Assembly: GCF_902459465.1 (NCBI RefSeq)
Contig: NC_047067.1
Coordinates: forward strand, 11,966,001-12,030,000
Source of the DNA: Asterias rubens
Lineage: Eukaryota
Reading direction: 5' to 3'
Length of the DNA stretch: 64,000 bases
Under the pieces are notes generated by a model. The model was not told the DNA's origin. It was given only the letters and a program-made list of their open reading frames with translations, and searched no databases. Shown in pieces: positions 62,455 to 64,000 of the stretch. Every line of letters starts with the position of its first letter. Within the stretch, counting starts at the first letter, position 1. A program made the position numbers and the translations under genes.

Positions 62455-62545
62455 TGGTGAGCAAAGACAAACTTGACCAGCGGGACTTGAACCTGCGACC
62501 TCGCGGATTCACGTGCCGGCGCTATAGCAACTGGGCTATCTAGCC
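62455..62545 (-). mobile_element. tRNA-derived SINE head, family 3 (degenerate copy at ~23965-24040 on plus)
   Basis: Minus strand reads GGGGCTAGATAGCCCAGTTG...GGTCGCAGGTTCAAGTCCCG with A/B boxes, but no closed acceptor stem. Confidence 0.7.
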
Positions 62546-63079
62546 CCTATGGTTGGCTCGAAATTACTTGATTTTGAAAATTTACCCAATAAGTTTCCCT
62601 AGTGCTTTATTCTTTAATTTGTTTGTATATCTCTTTTTATTTAATTAAAAGGATAACTCCAGGCATACCAACTGATTTATCCAGCAAAATTATTGTTAAA
62701 AGAAATGTTCTATAAACTTTTTTCACTCAGTTTCCATTGTGGTTTAATACCTACATTTTTGGTATTTAATTATTTTCCAATACAAATGTGAAAGTTCGTA
62801 CCCCAGGTGGTCAATGCACGGGAAACTAATAAAAGCTTAGCCTTGGTGCAATAACGCAAGCGTGTGATTTGTTCAATGTATGCCCTAAACGCTTTCCGCT
62901 TAGTCGATCCACTCCGCGAATACATGAGATTGAACAGATTTAATTGCTAAAAAAAATCATTTTGAATACCCTTTTCCGGGGCTTTCTAGAAATATTCGCG
63001 AAAAAAACACGTAGCACATCATTTATTGGAGCTCCGTTGTGTGTAGCTGCTTTGTTGCAGCATCGAGGCATAACCAAAC

Positions 63080-64000
63080 GAAATTTCGCTGCTGAACACT
63101 TCTTACAAAATTGCCTCGGTATGTATTGCAGAGAGAGTGAAATCCTGTCTTGCCTTTATCATTCATGAAAGTCAGAAAGGATTCATGGCAGACCGTTTTA
63201 TTGGAGAAAATCTTAGGTTGATGTATGATTTACTGAACCTCACTGAATCTAATAGTATTCCGGGTTTACTTCTTTCTATTGACTTTGAAAAAGCATTCGA
63301 TTCCATTTCTCACGATTTTATTTTTAAAGTGCTCGATAAATTTAATTTCGGCCCCTCAGTTACAAAATGGATCCGGGTACTTTACAACCAAGCCTCGTCT
63401 TCAGTTTTAGTTAATGGGTTCCTTTCAGAATCATTCCAGATCGGGAGAGGTTGTAGGCAAGGAGACGGATTAAGCCCTTACTAGTTCCTTTTGTGTGCAG
63501 AAGTTTTATCCATGTTGGTATGCAATGACAAAATTCTTGAAGGTATTAAGGTTGAGGGTACAGAATTTCGAATATCCCAGTATGCGGATGATACGGTATT
63601 GTTTTTGAATGGCACCGAGAAGTCTTTGCAAGCAGCGTTTAAAATTCTTGACCTATTTGCAAGTATGTCTGGATTGAAAGTTAACATTGAGAAAACGAAC
63701 GCCATTTGGGTTGGTTCTAAGAAGGGTTGTGGTGAAAAGCTTTGTGAAGAGATTAAGGTGAACTGGGTTGAGGATGAACACATTTTTAAAATTCTTGGTA
63801 CTGAGTTTTCTACTGACCTAAATTCCATGGTTTTGTTAAATTACAATAGAGTTATTTGTTCCATTCGTGGACAAATCTTCAACTGGTCTAAGAGACACTT
63901 AACCGTTCTAGGGAGAATTGCCGTTGTCAAATCTTTACTTTTGTCTTAACTTACTTACCTTGTGTTAACCACCCCCGACCCACCCTGTAATATGATCAAA
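63080..64000 (+). mobile_element. L1/Tx1-clade LINE reverse transcriptase fragment (inactivated), continuing beyond the window
   Basis: ISLLNTSYKI, SIDFEKAFDS, GRGCRQGD.LSPY, ISQYADDT, KVNIEKT, LTVLGRIAVVKSLLLS. In-frame stops at 63482-63484 and 63947-63949. Confidence 0.93.

Noticed and set aside
62455-62545. tRNA gene
   Set aside because: A and B boxes are present but there is no cloverleaf or acceptor stem; it is a SINE head. The same applies to the other GGTTCGAA-like motifs.

Overview
AT-rich, repeat-dense eukaryotic DNA from an invertebrate deuterostome, most likely a sea star (inferred from gene structures, GPCR type and repeat families). Six protein-coding genes can be built by hand from GT-AG splice sites. 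LIG4 (minus, 17 coding exons visible, running off the left edge) sits head-to-head with MALSU1 (plus, 4 exons, long N-terminal extension). RPS26 (plus, 4 exons) has a 5'TOP start. A single-coding-exon DUSP-fold protein (minus) lacks the catalytic Arg. A tandem minus-strand pair comprises a class A GPCR and a class C Venus-flytrap GPCR lacking the glutamate-specific residues. The rest is mobile DNA: TTAA (Kolobok-like) MITEs often chained through shared TTAA, an internally deleted piggyBac inside a ~2.7 kb satellite with empty-site copies beside it, a Helentron-like element, Harbinger- and Merlin-like MITEs, tRNA-derived SINEs, RTE, CR1/L2, Rex-Babar and Tx1 LINE fragments, and degenerate hammerhead-like motifs. 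There is one 142-N gap. No CRISPR array, rRNA or genuine tRNA gene was seen. Best leads: the pseudo-DUSP with nearby RFX X-boxes, the non-glutamate class C receptor, and the piggyBac-in-satellite with empty sites. No database searches or folding programs were run; all family assignments are by eye.
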